A stretch of DNA of 64,000 nucleotides from an uncultured Collinsella sp. (GTDB lineage: Bacteria; Actinomycetota; Coriobacteriia; Coriobacteriales; Coriobacteriaceae). Below, piece by piece: positions 48,117-58,316 of the stretch. The DNA is taken from the NCBI GenBank assembly GCA_900542325.1, contig UQMY01000004.1:179-64178 (forward strand), written 5' to 3'. Position numbers and translations under genes: made by a program. Each line of letters opens with the position of its first letter. The stretch's first letter is position 1. A model generated the notes under the pieces. The model was not told the DNA's origin. It made no database searches and worked only from the letters and a program-made list of their open reading frames with translations.

Positions 48117-49355
48117 ATGTCACATTGGGAAAGGCGTTCCATGTCACAAGTTTCTAACACCTCGTTTACAACGACGGTTTCATCAAACGCCATGGCCGTG
48201 GTGGACTATCTGTCCAAAAGCATGATGTCGGCGCTGCCGTTTATTGTCTGCGCGGCGTTGTTCCGCACCGCCGCCGTCATTATGGGCGAAGGCATGCTGG
48301 GCCTGTGGTCTGCCGATTCCGAAATCTATCGCCTGTTCTACAGTTGGCTCTATAACGCCGGCTATTACTTTTTGCCCATCTATCTTGGTTGGGCCGCTGC
48401 CCGCCAGCTCGGTTGCTCGGAGCAGCTGGGCATGATGCTGGGCGGCGTATTGATTGTGCCCGATCTGCTTAAGCTCGTTGATGCCGCATCGACGACGGGG
48501 GCATCGATGACTTTCGTGTATGGTCTACTTCCCGCGCCGGTCAACGATTACACGACGACTGTTATTCCGGTTCTCATCTCGGTGCCCGTGCTATGGCAGG
48601 TGGAGCGTTTCTTTAAGCGCACTATCCCTCAGGCTGTGGCGTTTTCTTTTGTACCGTTTGCAACCATGCTTGTCATGGTTCCGGTGTCGCTGTGTGTTAC
48701 GGCGCCGGCAGGCAGCTATCTGGGCATGCTGTTGGGACAGTTTATGTTTATGCTTGGCAATTCCGGTGGCATGGTGTCGCTGCTCACGCTCATGGGGCTT
48801 GCCGCGGGCTGGGAGTTTCTTAAGATCGCGGGTGTCAGCAACGTTGTCCTATCGCTCGCCTATGCGCAGTTTATGAGTGTGGGAACGGATTCGTGCATCC
48901 TGATCGCCGCGACGATGGCAACGTTCGCCGTTTGGGGCATGCCCTTTGGCGCGTCGCTCCGCGTTGTGGATAAGGACGAGAAGGCGCTCATGCTGGGCTA
49001 TTCGATCTCGGGCGTGCTTGGCGGCGTAAGCGAGCCGGCGCTGTACGGCTGCGGCTTTAAATATGGCAGGTGTCTGACATGCATGGCCATTGGCGGCGCC
49101 GTCGGAGGCCTTGTTGCGGCCGTGGGCCACGTTACGGCCTATACCATCGGCATGACGAATGTCCTTATGGTCATTGGCTTTGCCACGGGCGGCATTTCGA
49201 ACCTGCTGTGGTGCTGCGCTGCCGGTGGCACGGCATTTGCGGTGTCTGCGGCGCTGAGCTACTGCTTTGGCGTGGTGCCGGCGAGGGGGCGGGCGGCAGA
49301 AGACGAAGTCGATTCGCCCGAAACAGTGGCGAGCGCTGCTGAAGCAAGCGTATAA
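48117..49355 (+). CDS. PTS EIIC-like integral membrane protein (glucose-family-like).
   Basis: About 10 TM segments. The N-terminal pattern resembles PtsG (…DYLSKSMMSALPFIVCAALF…) and there is a GxSEP motif (GGVSEPALYG, cf. GITEP). The start and the family assignment are both uncertain. Confidence 0.45.
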   Translation: MSHWERRSMSQVSNTSFTTTVSSNAMAVVDYLSKSMMSALPFIVCAALFRTAAVIMGEGMLGLWSADSEIYRLFYSWLYNAGYYFLPIYLGWAAARQLGCSEQLGMMLGGVLIVPDLLKLVDAASTTGASMTFVYGLLPAPVNDYTTTVIPVLISVPVLWQVERFFKRTIPQAVAFSFVPFATMLVMVPVSLCVTAPAGSYLGMLLGQFMFMLGNSGGMVSLLTLMGLAAGWEFLKIAGVSNVVLSLAYAQFMSVGTDSCILIAATMATFAVWGMPFGASLRVVDKDEKALMLGYSISGVLGGVSEPALYGCGFKYGRCLTCMAIGGAVGGLVAAVGHVTAYTIGMTNVLMVIGFATGGISNLLWCCAAGGTAFAVSAALSYCFGVVPARGRAAEDEVDSPETVASAAEASV

Positions 49356-49505
49356 ACCTGTGCGACAAAAGGACGATTCCTTTGTCATGTTCCAAGGTCG
49401 TGGCCCGTGTGGGTTGCGGCCTTTTTGTATCTGTGGGGCAAAGTGGCTACACTACAATCCGTTTGAGCAATAGATATATAGGTAGTACCGTGGGGGCGGA
49501 TATAG

Positions 49506-50660
49506 ATGGTCGAGTGGATTGTTAAGCGTGCGCAGGGCGACCGTGCACGCGTGGGTACGTTGACGGGCATGGTGTGTATTCTCGCCAATGTGGCACTATG
49601 CGCTGCGAAGGGTGCAATTGGCGTGCTGTCGGGTTCGGTTTCGATCGTGGCAGATGCCATGAACAACCTGTCCGATGCCAGCTCGAATATCGTGAGCGTG
49701 CTGGGCTTTAAGCTGGCGACCAAGCCGGCCGACCCCGAGCATCCTTACGGACATGGCCGCTACGAGTATCTCTCGGGTCTGGTCGTGGCGGCGCTCGTGC
49801 TGCTGATTGGCGTTGAGCTGGTGAAGTCCTCGGTTGAGCGCATCATCCACCCCGAACCTGTCGAGTTCTCGCTTGCCCTGGTGGCAGTCTTGGTGCTTTC
49901 GATGATTGTTAAGCTCTGGATGGCGGCCCTCAACCAAAAGCTCGGCGATCGCATTGAGTCCGAGACGCTGCATGCGACCGCTCAGGACTCAAAGAACGAT
50001 GTCCTAGCTACGGGTGCTGTGCTGGCGTGCGCAATTGTTTCGCAGGTGACGCACATCAATCTTGACGCATGGGTCGGCCTTGCCGTTGGCGCCTATATCG
50101 GCTGGAGCGGCTTTGAGCTCATCCAGGATACGGTGAGCCCGCTTTTGGGCCAGGCACCCGATCCAAAGCTGGTCAAGCACATTCGAGACAAGATCATGAG
50201 CTACCCCGGCGTTTTGGGCGTTCACGATTTGATGGTTCACGACTACGGCCCGGGCAGGAAGTTCGCAAGCGCTCACGCCGAGATGGCAGCCGAGGCCAGC
50301 CCGCTGGAAAGTCACGACACGCTCGATAACATCGAGCAGTCGTTTAGGGTCGAAGACGGCATGATCGTCACGCTCCATTACGATCCCATCGTGACCGACG
50401 ATCCAAAGGTGGCGAGCATGCGTCTGCGCATCAACGCTATGGCTCAAGAGATTGATAGCCGCCTCTCGATCCACGACCTACGCTGTGTTCCGGGCCCCAC
50501 GCATACCAACGTAATCTTTGACTGCGTACGTCCCTCAGATTTGGGCATGGGAGCCGATGAGCTCAAAAACGCGTTGGCCCAGAGGGTCGAATCGGAATAT
50601 CCCAAGTCGGTCGCCAAGATCACGATCGACGAGGACTATGTCGGCCATACCCACGAGTAG
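49506..50660 (+). CDS. Cation diffusion facilitator family transporter.
   Basis: A six-TM N-terminal domain with metal-site His/Asp residues (...HPYGHGRYEYLSG...) and a C-terminal cytoplasmic domain are present. Confidence 0.8.
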   Translation: MVEWIVKRAQGDRARVGTLTGMVCILANVALCAAKGAIGVLSGSVSIVADAMNNLSDASSNIVSVLGFKLATKPADPEHPYGHGRYEYLSGLVVAALVLLIGVELVKSSVERIIHPEPVEFSLALVAVLVLSMIVKLWMAALNQKLGDRIESETLHATAQDSKNDVLATGAVLACAIVSQVTHINLDAWVGLAVGAYIGWSGFELIQDTVSPLLGQAPDPKLVKHIRDKIMSYPGVLGVHDLMVHDYGPGRKFASAHAEMAAEASPLESHDTLDNIEQSFRVEDGMIVTLHYDPIVTDDPKVASMRLRINAMAQEIDSRLSIHDLRCVPGPTHTNVIFDCVRPSDLGMGADELKNALAQRVESEYPKSVAKITIDEDYVGHTHE

Positions 50661-50699
50661 GGCTGTGCCGGCAAGGTAACTGAAGCAGAAGGGGAGAGC

Positions 50700-51326
50700 A
50701 TGAAGAAGCTGTATCTACTCCGCCACGGTCAGACGGAATTTAACGTTAAAAAGCTGGTCCAGGGCCGCTGCGATTCACCGCTGACCGACCTGGGCCGTCA
50801 GCAGGCACGGACGGCAGCCGCATGGCTCAAAGCCCACGGTGTCGTCCCGGATAAAGTGGCCTCTTCGCCCTTAGGCCGCGCCATGGACACAGCTCAGCTC
50901 GTCGCTACCGAACTCCTTGGCCCGGACGCAGCAGTCGAGCCCTGCGAAGGCATCATCGAGCGCAGCTACGGTACCTTCGAAGAAGGCCCCCACGACGCCC
51001 TGCCCACCGATGTCTGGGACCCGGGCGAGGACCTGGTCCCCTTCGGAGGAGAAGGAAGTCATGCCCTGCAGGAGCGCATGGTAGGCACCCTCACCAATCT
51101 CATGGGCGCCGAGGGCATCGAAACCCTCCTAGCAGTAAGCCACGGCAGCGCCAGCCGCCAATTCATCAAGGCCGCAGCCCCAGAAGGTTTCGAGCTCCCA
51201 ACAAAACTCCCCAACTGCGCCATCATGATCTTCAATTTCGAAGAGGAAAAGTCGGGAGAAGAAGGCAACGCGCCCCAATCCAAGTTTATCTTGCAGCAAA
51301 TCATCGATCCTCAACAAAGTAATTAG
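50700..51326 (+). CDS. Histidine phosphatase family protein (phosphoglycerate mutase-like).
   Basis: The LLRHGQTEFN catalytic His motif is present. Confidence 0.8.
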   Translation: MKKLYLLRHGQTEFNVKKLVQGRCDSPLTDLGRQQARTAAAWLKAHGVVPDKVASSPLGRAMDTAQLVATELLGPDAAVEPCEGIIERSYGTFEEGPHDALPTDVWDPGEDLVPFGGEGSHALQERMVGTLTNLMGAEGIETLLAVSHGSASRQFIKAAAPEGFELPTKLPNCAIMIFNFEEEKSGEEGNAPQSKFILQQIIDPQQSN

Positions 51327-51370
51327 CTGAGCGAGCAGAGTTAAGCAGACATCAACGTGTCGTCTCCCGA

Positions 51371-51507
51371 GCACGGCGGAGGGCCGGAGAAATATATTAA
51401 GGTCATCGCGAGTTCCGCACGCAAAGGAGAGCACTTAATGTGCTCTCCGTCTTGCGCAGGACTGTAGAGCAGGGACCTTAATATATTTCTCCGGCCCTCC
51501 GCCGTGC
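51371..51507 (+). repeat. Family 1 nested-hairpin element, copy C, upstream of rplC.
   Basis: A 34-bp perfect outer stem (51371-51404 and 51474-51507) encloses the core. The core is ATCGCGAGTTCCGCACG, inner hairpin GGAGAGCAC-TTAAT-GTGCTCTCC, and AGGACTGTAGAGCAG. Confidence 0.8.
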
Positions 51508-51784
51508 CCAGGAGCCATCCACGCACTTTACCTGCGTAAACAATGTGAGTGAAATATGAATCTCGATGGATACGCCCGTAGCCGTGTATACTAAACAGCT
51601 GTGTGTAACCAGGGGAGTATTCTGGCTGGACAAAATGCCTGCTTAATAGGGTTGTCAGGTAGTCCGGGCGAAATACAAGGCTGGGGAGCACGTCGTGTAA
51701 GTAGTGGTCCTCTAGGGGCGTACGCTCGGTGGTGTACGCATTGTCCCAAGACCACGCGAGAGTTGGGATCATATCTTGATCAGC

Positions 51785-52396
51785 ATGATTCTCGGCCGCA
51801 AGATTGGCATGACCCAGGTTTGGGACGAGGACGATAACGTCGTTCCCGTCACGGTCATCCAGGCTGGCCCCTGCGCTGTCTCGCAGGTTAAAACTCAGGC
51901 AACCGACGGCTATGACGCCGTCCAGATCGGTTTCGGCGACATCAAGGCCAAGAACGTGAACAAGCCCATGGCTGGTCACTTCGCCAAGGCTGGCGTCGAG
52001 CCTGTCCGCTTCCTTCGTGAGGTCCGCGTCGAGAACGGCGAGGAGCACAAGGTCGGCGAGGTCGTCACCGTCGCTGATTTCGCTGATGTCGAGAAGGTCG
52101 ACGTCATCGGTACCTCCAAGGGTAAGGGCTTCCAGGGTCGCATCAAGCGCTGGGGTCAGCGCCGCGGTCCTATGACGCATGGTTCTCACTTCCAGCGTCA
52201 CCCCGGTTCTATCGGTCAGTGCGCCTATCCTGCGCGCGTCCTCAAGGGCGTCAAGATGGCCGGTCACATGGGTAACGAGCGCGTTACCGTCAAGAACCTT
52301 TCCGTTGTCCGCATCGATGCCGAGCAGAACCTCATCTTGGTCAAGGGCGCTGTCCCGGGTGCCAAGAATGGTCTCGTCGCCATCCGTATGGCCTAA
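51785..52396 (+). CDS. rplC: 50S ribosomal protein L3.
   Basis: [15 protein letters not shown]... An alternative TTG start lies at 51776. Confidence 0.93.
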   Translation: MILGRKIGMTQVWDEDDNVVPVTVIQAGPCAVSQVKTQATDGYDAVQIGFGDIKAKNVNKPMAGHFAKAGVEPVRFLREVRVENGEEHKVGEVVTVADFADVEKVDVIGTSKGKGFQGRIKRWGQRRGPMTHGSHFQRHPGSIGQCAYPARVLKGVKMAGHMGNERVTVKNLSVVRIDAEQNLILVKGAVPGAKNGLVAIRMA

Positions 52397-52442
52397 GGGC
52401 CCAGCCCATTTAGCCCAGCGTCATACCAAGGAGAACACTTAA

Positions 52443-53069
52443 ATGGCAAAGTTTGAAGTAAAGAACAGCGAGGGCAAGAAGGTCGCCGAGGCCGAGCTCG
52501 CCGCTGAGGTGTACGGCATCGAGCCGAACATCCACGTTATGCACCACATCGTCAAGTGCCAGATGGCCTCTTGGCGTCAGGGCACCCAGTCCGCTAAGGG
52601 CCGCTCTGAGGTTTCCGGTGGCGGCAAGAAGCCTTGGCGTCAGAAGGGCACCGGCCGTGCCCGCCAGGGTTCCATCCGTGCTGCCCAGTGGCGTCACGGT
52701 GGCGTTGTCTTCGCCCCCAAGCCCCGTTCCTACGCTAAGCGTATGAACAACAAGGAGGTCAAGCTGGCTATGCGCTCCGCGCTGTCCGCCAAGCTGGCCG
52801 ATGGCGAGCTCGTGCTCGTCGACGACTACGGCTTCGAGAAGCCTTCCACCAAGGCTGCCGTTGCCATGCTCAAGGCTCTTGGCCTTGAGGGCAAGCGTCT
52901 GACCATCATCGTTCGCGATGAGGACGTCAACGCCTACCTGTCGTTCCGCAATATTCCCAAGACGTTCATCATCACCGCTGACGAGGCCAACACCTACGAT
53001 CTCGTCAACAACAACGCTGTGCTGATGCCCGCCGACATCGCCGCTCACTTCGGGGAGGTGCTTGCATAA
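52443..53069 (+). CDS. rplD: 50S ribosomal protein L4.
   Basis: Typical L4 sequence. Confidence 0.93.
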   Translation: MAKFEVKNSEGKKVAEAELAAEVYGIEPNIHVMHHIVKCQMASWRQGTQSAKGRSEVSGGGKKPWRQKGTGRARQGSIRAAQWRHGGVVFAPKPRSYAKRMNNKEVKLAMRSALSAKLADGELVLVDDYGFEKPSTKAAVAMLKALGLEGKRLTIIVRDEDVNAYLSFRNIPKTFIITADEANTYDLVNNNAVLMPADIAAHFGEVLA

Positions 53070-53357
53070 ATGACCGCCCACGAGATCATCATCCGTCCGA
53101 TCGTGTCCGAGCGTTCCTTCTCCGGCATGGAGCAGAACAAGTACACGTTCGAGGTCGCCAAGGATGCTAACAAGTATCAGATCAAGGACGCTGTCGAGGA
53201 GATCTTCGGCGTCAAGGTCGTTCGCGTGAACACCTTGACGGTCAAGCCCAAGACCAAGCGCGTTCGCTATGTCGCCGGCAAGACCCGTTCTTGGAAGAAG
53301 GCCATCGTCACGCTGGCCGAGGGCGACACCATCGAGGTCTTTGGCAACCAGGCCTAA
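53070..53357 (+). CDS. rplW: 50S ribosomal protein L23.
   Basis: Typical L23 sequence. Confidence 0.93.
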   Translation: MTAHEIIIRPIVSERSFSGMEQNKYTFEVAKDANKYQIKDAVEEIFGVKVVRVNTLTVKPKTKRVRYVAGKTRSWKKAIVTLAEGDTIEVFGNQA

Positions 53358-53536
53358 GACTCGCTGCTGTTGAGTGAGCTCATGCCTCCCAAATAGGGGA
53401 GGCGAGAGCTCAAGGTTTCGGGCGTATAAAATGGACACGCCCGGAACCGTGTATACGTCCGGTGTCATCGCACCCGAGGCAGAACCTCGAATCCCTGTCT
53501 GCGATGGCTAACGGATTCCTATTGAAAGGGATTGTA

Positions 53537-54367
53537 ATGGCTGTAAAGCACCTTAAGCCGACCTCCGCTGGTAGGCGTTGGCAGACGATCTCCGACTTCT
53601 CCGAGATCACCTGCACCAAGCCCGAGAAGTCTCTTCTCGAGCCCCTGCCCAAGAAGGCCGGTCGTAACAACAACGGCCGCATCACCACCCGCCACCAGGG
53701 CGGCGGCGTGAAGCGTCGTTACCGCGTGATCGACTTCAAGCGCAACAAGGACGGCGTGCCCGCCAAGGTTGCCACGATCGAGTACGATCCGAACCGTTCC
53801 GCTCGCATCGCTCTGCTGCACTACGCTGACGGTGAGAAGCGCTACATCCTGGCCCCCAAGGGCCTCGAGGTCGGTCAGACCATCATGTCCGGTTCTGACG
53901 CCGACATCAAGCCGGGCAACGCTCTGCCCCTCGCCGACATCCCCGTCGGTACGCTCATCCACGCCGTCGAGTTCCAGCCGGGCAAGGGCGCTGCTATCGC
54001 CCGTTCCGCCGGTAACTCCTGCCAGCTGATGGGTAAGGAGGGCAAGTACGCTATCGTCCGTATGCCTTCCTCCGAGATGCGCCGCATCCTCGTTACCTGC
54101 CGCGCCACCGTCGGTGAGGTCGGCAACGCCGATCACGCCAACATCGTCATCGGCAAGGCCGGCCGTAAGCGTCACATGAACGTGCGCCCGACCGTCCGCG
54201 GTACCGTCATGAACCCTGTCGACCACCCGCACGGCGGTGGCGAGGGCAAGAACCACACCTCTGGTCGTCCCTCTGTTACCCCCTGGGGTAAGCCGACGAA
54301 GGGCCTTCGTACGCGCAAGAAGAAGAAGGTCTCGAACCAGCACATCATTCGTCGCCGTAAGAAGTAA
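53537..54367 (+). CDS. rplB: 50S ribosomal protein L2.
   Basis: [14 protein letters not shown]... The ORF-track start at 53462 was trimmed to 53537. Confidence 0.93.
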   Translation: MAVKHLKPTSAGRRWQTISDFSEITCTKPEKSLLEPLPKKAGRNNNGRITTRHQGGGVKRRYRVIDFKRNKDGVPAKVATIEYDPNRSARIALLHYADGEKRYILAPKGLEVGQTIMSGSDADIKPGNALPLADIPVGTLIHAVEFQPGKGAAIARSAGNSCQLMGKEGKYAIVRMPSSEMRRILVTCRATVGEVGNADHANIVIGKAGRKRHMNVRPTVRGTVMNPVDHPHGGGEGKNHTSGRPSVTPWGKPTKGLRTRKKKKVSNQHIIRRRKK

Positions 54368-54399
54368 TTTCGGATACCGAGTTTTAGGAGAAAGCACTT

Positions 54400-54660
54400 A
54401 TGAGCAGAAGTCTCAAAAAGGGCCCGTTCGTGGAGACTCGCCTTCTCTCGCGTATCACCGCGATGAACGAGGCTGGCAAGAAGGACGTCGTGAAGACCTG
54501 GTCCCGCGCGTCCACCATCTTCCCCGAGATGGTTGGTCACACCATCGCCGTCCACGACGGCCGCAAGCATGTGCCCGTGTATGTTACCGAGTCCATGGTT
54601 GGTCACAAGCTCGGCGAGTTCGCGCCGACTCGTACGTTCCGTGGCCACAAGGCCAAATAG
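54400..54660 (+). CDS. rpsS: 30S ribosomal protein S19.
   Basis: [12 protein letters not shown]... Confidence 0.95.
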   Translation: MSRSLKKGPFVETRLLSRITAMNEAGKKDVVKTWSRASTIFPEMVGHTIAVHDGRKHVPVYVTESMVGHKLGEFAPTRTFRGHKAK

Positions 54661-54674
54661 GGGGTTAACCGTAA

Positions 54675-55046
54675 ATGGCAACTAAGTCTATTGAAACTGA
54701 GGCCACCGAGGTTCGCGCCGTCGCTAAGTACGTGCGTGTTTCCCCCAGCAAGGCCCGCCTGGTGGTCGATCTGATCCGCCGCAAGCCTGTCGCTCAGGCC
54801 TTCGACATCCTCCACTTCTGCGACCGCGCCGTCGCCGTGGATGTCGAGAAGGTTCTCCGTTCCGCCGTCGCGAACGCCGAGAACAACAACGGTCTGCGTG
54901 CCGACAACCTGGTTGTCGCCGCTGCCTATGTTGACGAGGGTCCGACGCTTAAGCGCATCCGTCCCCGCGCCAAGGGTTCCGCTTCTCGCATTCTGAAGCG
55001 TACTTCCCACATCACCGTCGTCGTTGCTCCTCGAAAGGAGGCGTAA
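54675..55046 (+). CDS. rplV: 50S ribosomal protein L22.
   Basis: Typical L22 sequence. Confidence 0.93.
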   Translation: MATKSIETEATEVRAVAKYVRVSPSKARLVVDLIRRKPVAQAFDILHFCDRAVAVDVEKVLRSAVANAENNNGLRADNLVVAAAYVDEGPTLKRIRPRAKGSASRILKRTSHITVVVAPRKEA

Positions 55047-55052
55047 AGCTGT

Positions 55053-55763
55053 ATGGGTCAGAAAGTCTACCCCACCGGCTTCCGTCTTGGCATCACCGAG
55101 AACTGGCGCTCCCGCTGGTTCGCAGAGAAGGATTACGCTAAGACCCTCGGTAACGATCTCGAGATCCGCAAGTACCTCGAGAAGCGTCTTTCCCGCGCAG
55201 CTGTCTCCCGCGTCGAGATCGAGCGCGCTGGCGACAAGGTGAAGGTTATCATCCTCACCGCTCGCCCCGGCGTTGTCATCGGTAAGAAGGGTGCCGAGAT
55301 CGATACCCTCCGCACCGAGCTCGAGAAGGTCGCTGGCGTCTCCAAGGGCCAGCTCTCCGTCGACGTTGTCGAGATCAAGCGCCCCGAGCTCGACGCCAAC
55401 CTCGTTGCTCAGTCTATCGCCGAGCAGCTCGAGGGCCGCGTTGCCTTCCGTCGCGCTATGCGCAAGGCTGTCCAGTCCGCCCGCAAGGCCGGCGCTAAGG
55501 GCATCCGTATCCAGTGCTCCGGTCGTCTCGGCGGTGCCGAGATGGGCCGTCGTGAGTGGTACCGCGAGGGTCGCGTGCCTCTGCACACCCTCCGTGCCAA
55601 GATCGACTACGGCACGGCTGTCGCCAGCACCACCATGGGCGCTTGCGGCGTGAAGGTCTGGATCTACCTGGGCGAGAAGCTCCCGGGCCAGCCTGTTCCC
55701 AACCCTGCACTCGAGGGCTCTTCCCGTCCTCGTCGTCGTAACTCCGAGAGGAGGGGTCAGTAG
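55053..55763 (+). CDS. rpsC: 30S ribosomal protein S3.
   Basis: [24 protein letters not shown]... Confidence 0.95.
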   Translation: MGQKVYPTGFRLGITENWRSRWFAEKDYAKTLGNDLEIRKYLEKRLSRAAVSRVEIERAGDKVKVIILTARPGVVIGKKGAEIDTLRTELEKVAGVSKGQLSVDVVEIKRPELDANLVAQSIAEQLEGRVAFRRAMRKAVQSARKAGAKGIRIQCSGRLGGAEMGRREWYREGRVPLHTLRAKIDYGTAVASTTMGACGVKVWIYLGEKLPGQPVPNPALEGSSRPRRRNSERRGQ

Positions 55764-56266
55764 TGCTTGCCCCTAAGCGTATTCTTCACCGCAAGGTGCA
55801 GCGTGGCTCCATGAAGGGCCAGGCCAAGGGTAATACCGAGCTGCATTTCGGCGAGTTTGGTATCCAGGCTCTCGAGGCCCATTGGATCACCAACCGTCAG
55901 ATCGAGGCCGCTCGTATTGCCATGACCCGCTACATGAAGCGTGGCGGTCGTGTCTACATCACGATCTTCCCCGATAAGCCCATCACCAAGAAGCCTGCCG
56001 AGACTCGCATGGGTTCTGGTAAGGGTAACCCCGAGGAGTGGGTGGCCGTCGTCAAGCCCGGCCGCATCATGTTCGAGGTCAAGGGCGTGCCCGAGGAGGT
56101 CGCTCGCGAGGCTCTGCGTCTTGCACAGCACAAGCTTCCCATCAAGACCAAGATTGTTGCTGCCAAGAACGCTGAGCAGCGCATCGAGAAGGAGATGGCT
56201 GAGGAGGCCGCTCTCGAGGCCAAGTGGGCTGCTGAGGACGCCGCCGCCGCCAAGGAGGAGAACTAA
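55763..56266 (+). CDS. rplP: 50S ribosomal protein L16, with an approximately 30-aa Ala/Glu-rich C-terminal extension.
   Basis: [19 protein letters not shown]...; the tail is [31 protein letters not shown]. Confidence 0.93.
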   Translation: MLAPKRILHRKVQRGSMKGQAKGNTELHFGEFGIQALEAHWITNRQIEAARIAMTRYMKRGGRVYITIFPDKPITKKPAETRMGSGKGNPEEWVAVVKPGRIMFEVKGVPEEVAREALRLAQHKLPIKTKIVAAKNAEQRIEKEMAEEAALEAKWAAEDAAAAKEEN

Positions 56267-56481
56267 TGAAGCCCGCAGAGATTCGTGAGCTCTCGGACGC
56301 TCAGCTCGTTGAGAAGCTGAAGGAAATGCGCGCCGAGCTCTTTAACCTTCGTTTCCAGATGGCCACCAGCCAGCTGGACAACACCGCTCGCGTCAACACC
56401 GTGAAGAAGGACATCGCTCGCGTCCTCACGGAGCAGCGCGCCCGCGAGATCGCAGCGGAGAAGTCCGCTGTCGCCGAGTAG
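56266..56481 (+). CDS. rpmC: 50S ribosomal protein L29.
   Basis: Typical L29 sequence. Confidence 0.9.
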   Translation: MKPAEIRELSDAQLVEKLKEMRAELFNLRFQMATSQLDNTARVNTVKKDIARVLTEQRAREIAAEKSAVAE

Positions 56482-56497
56482 GACCTAAGGAGAGAAC

Positions 56498-56758
56498 ATG
56501 ACTGATTCGCGTAACTCGCGTAAGGTCCGTACGGGTGTCGTTACCTCCGTCTCCGGTGCCAAGACCATTGTTGTCACCATCACCGAGCGCAAGCGTCACC
56601 CCAAGTACGGCAAGATGATGACCAGCTCCAAGAAGCTGCACGCTCACGACGAGGAGTGCACGGCTGGCGTGGGCGATACCGTCCGCGTTATGGAGACCCG
56701 TCCTATGTCCAAGATGAAGCGTTGGCGCCTCATCGAGGTCGTCGAGCGCGCTAAATAA
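56498..56758 (+). CDS. rpsQ: 30S ribosomal protein S17.
   Basis: Typical S17 sequence. Confidence 0.92.
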   Translation: MTDSRNSRKVRTGVVTSVSGAKTIVVTITERKRHPKYGKMMTSSKKLHAHDEECTAGVGDTVRVMETRPMSKMKRWRLIEVVERAK

Positions 56759-56876
56759 GCAGTCGCTCTTACGACTTGTACGTTTCCGAAGATGTGCGTA
56801 TGCCTGGCTTGCATACCATGGGCCGTATAAAGGCTGCGCACCTCTCTTCGGTTCTTAGTTCGGAGGAACATCTACC

Positions 56877-57245
56877 ATGATTCAGATGCAAACCATGCTG
56901 AACGTCGCCGACAACTCCGGCGCTCGCAAGATTCGCTGCATCAAGGTGCTTGGCGGTTCCAAGCGTCGTTATGCAGGCATCGGCGATGTGTTCATCGGTG
57001 CTGTCCAGGAGGCTACCCCTGGCGCCAACGTCAAGAAGAAGGACGTTGTCCGTTGCGTCGTCGTTCGCACCGTTAAGGAGATCCGCCGCAAGGATGGCTC
57101 CTACATTCGCTTTGATGAGAACGCCTGCGTTGTCATCAACAACGATGGTTCGCCCGTCGGCACCCGTATCTTCGGGCCCGTCGCTCGCGAGCTTCGTGAC
57201 AAGAAGTACATGAAGATCGTCTCGCTCGCTCCCGAGACCCTGTAG
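56877..57245 (+). CDS. rplN: 50S ribosomal protein L14.
   Basis: [28 protein letters not shown]... Confidence 0.95.
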   Translation: MIQMQTMLNVADNSGARKIRCIKVLGGSKRRYAGIGDVFIGAVQEATPGANVKKKDVVRCVVVRTVKEIRRKDGSYIRFDENACVVINNDGSPVGTRIFGPVARELRDKKYMKIVSLAPETL

Positions 57246-57258
57246 TTAGGGGAGATAT

Positions 57259-57564
57259 ATGTATATCAAGAAGGGCGATAAGGTCCAGGTTCTCTCTGGT
57301 AAGGATCGCGGCAAGCAGGGCGTTGTCCTGCGTGCTCTCCCCGCCGAGAACAAGGTCGTTGTCGAGGGCGTTTCGGTCGTCAAGAAGGCCGTCAAGCCCA
57401 ACGCTGCCAACCAGCAGGGCGGCATCGTTTCGCAGGAGGCTCCCATCGACGCCTCCAACGTCAATCTCGTCTGCCCCGAGTGCGGTAAGGTTACCCGCGT
57501 CGGTCACGAGAAGGACGGCAAGAACAAGCTGCGCGTCTGCAAGAAGTGCGGCCACAAGTTCTAA
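57259..57564 (+). CDS. rplX: 50S ribosomal protein L24, a variant with a C-terminal Cys4 zinc ribbon.
   Basis: A KOW-domain N-terminus ([21 protein letters not shown]...). The C-terminus is ...[35 protein letters not shown], where CxxC...CxxC replaces the usual FNAATGK...RFFKSNSE segment. Confidence 0.9.
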   Translation: MYIKKGDKVQVLSGKDRGKQGVVLRALPAENKVVVEGVSVVKKAVKPNAANQQGGIVSQEAPIDASNVNLVCPECGKVTRVGHEKDGKNKLRVCKKCGHKF

Positions 57565-57593
57565 GCTGCCCGCAACAGTTAAGTTGCTAGCAA

Positions 57594-57626
57594 AGGCCCG
57601 GATGCCACGGCACCCGGGCCTTTTTC
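57594..57626 (+). terminator. Rho-independent terminator after rplX. It truncates the usual spc operon continuation.
   Basis: AGGCCCGGATGCC-ACGG-CACCCGGGCCT followed by TTTTTC. Confidence 0.7.
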
Positions 57627-58316
57627 TATCCCCACTCGATGGCTTCGGTTCTGCCGTCCCGTCATTCCGGTTGCATCCAGTTTTCGGTGCCGTCTCGAAT
57701 CGAGTGCCGCCAGGTGACACCCTGTCGCGTTTCGTCGGCTTCGGGGACAAAAGTCGGGACAACTCCAAAAACTATTTTCGAACTCAGGGCTTTGAGTTTT
57801 TGTTTTTTGTCCCAAAGGGCGCGGCGGGATGCCTTTGGAGGCTCGATAGCGCCGAAAACGCCCGTTTTGAAACTTAAATGCCTTTTCGCGTGCAAGCCGC
57901 CAGCTGCAATAGGAAGTGAATCAACGCAGGTGGCTTTCAAGCAGTTTGCAAAACTGCAGGTCGCAGGTCTTCATTGCCAGTAGGAGAAATGAGTAGTCTC
58001 AGGTGGCTTGCCCATGAGTTGACGAACGGGATTTGAGATTACGCTGACGTCCGGAAACGCTTCGAGCACGGCGTTACGTTTTTGGGGTTTGGGCGTAGCC
58101 CCTGCACCCGCGAGCGCGGGCCTTAAGCCCGCCGAGAGGATGACGCGTCGAAAACGAAGGGGAAAGAGAGAAGGGGCCGTCCCTATCATTCAGGTTGCGA
58201 CCGAAGAAGACAAGGAGACCCCCTGAGCCTGAATGATGCCCCACAGACCGCGTCCGACCGAGCTCAAGCCGAGCTTTTCCTGACGTCCGCCTTCGCGAAG
58301 ATGATGGCTGGATTGG

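Noticed and set aside
49356-49505. CTACAATC in the spacer before the CDF transporter gene, similar to CAATCTG in family 2.
   Set aside because: Only an 8-nt coincidence. The surrounding family 2 blocks are absent.
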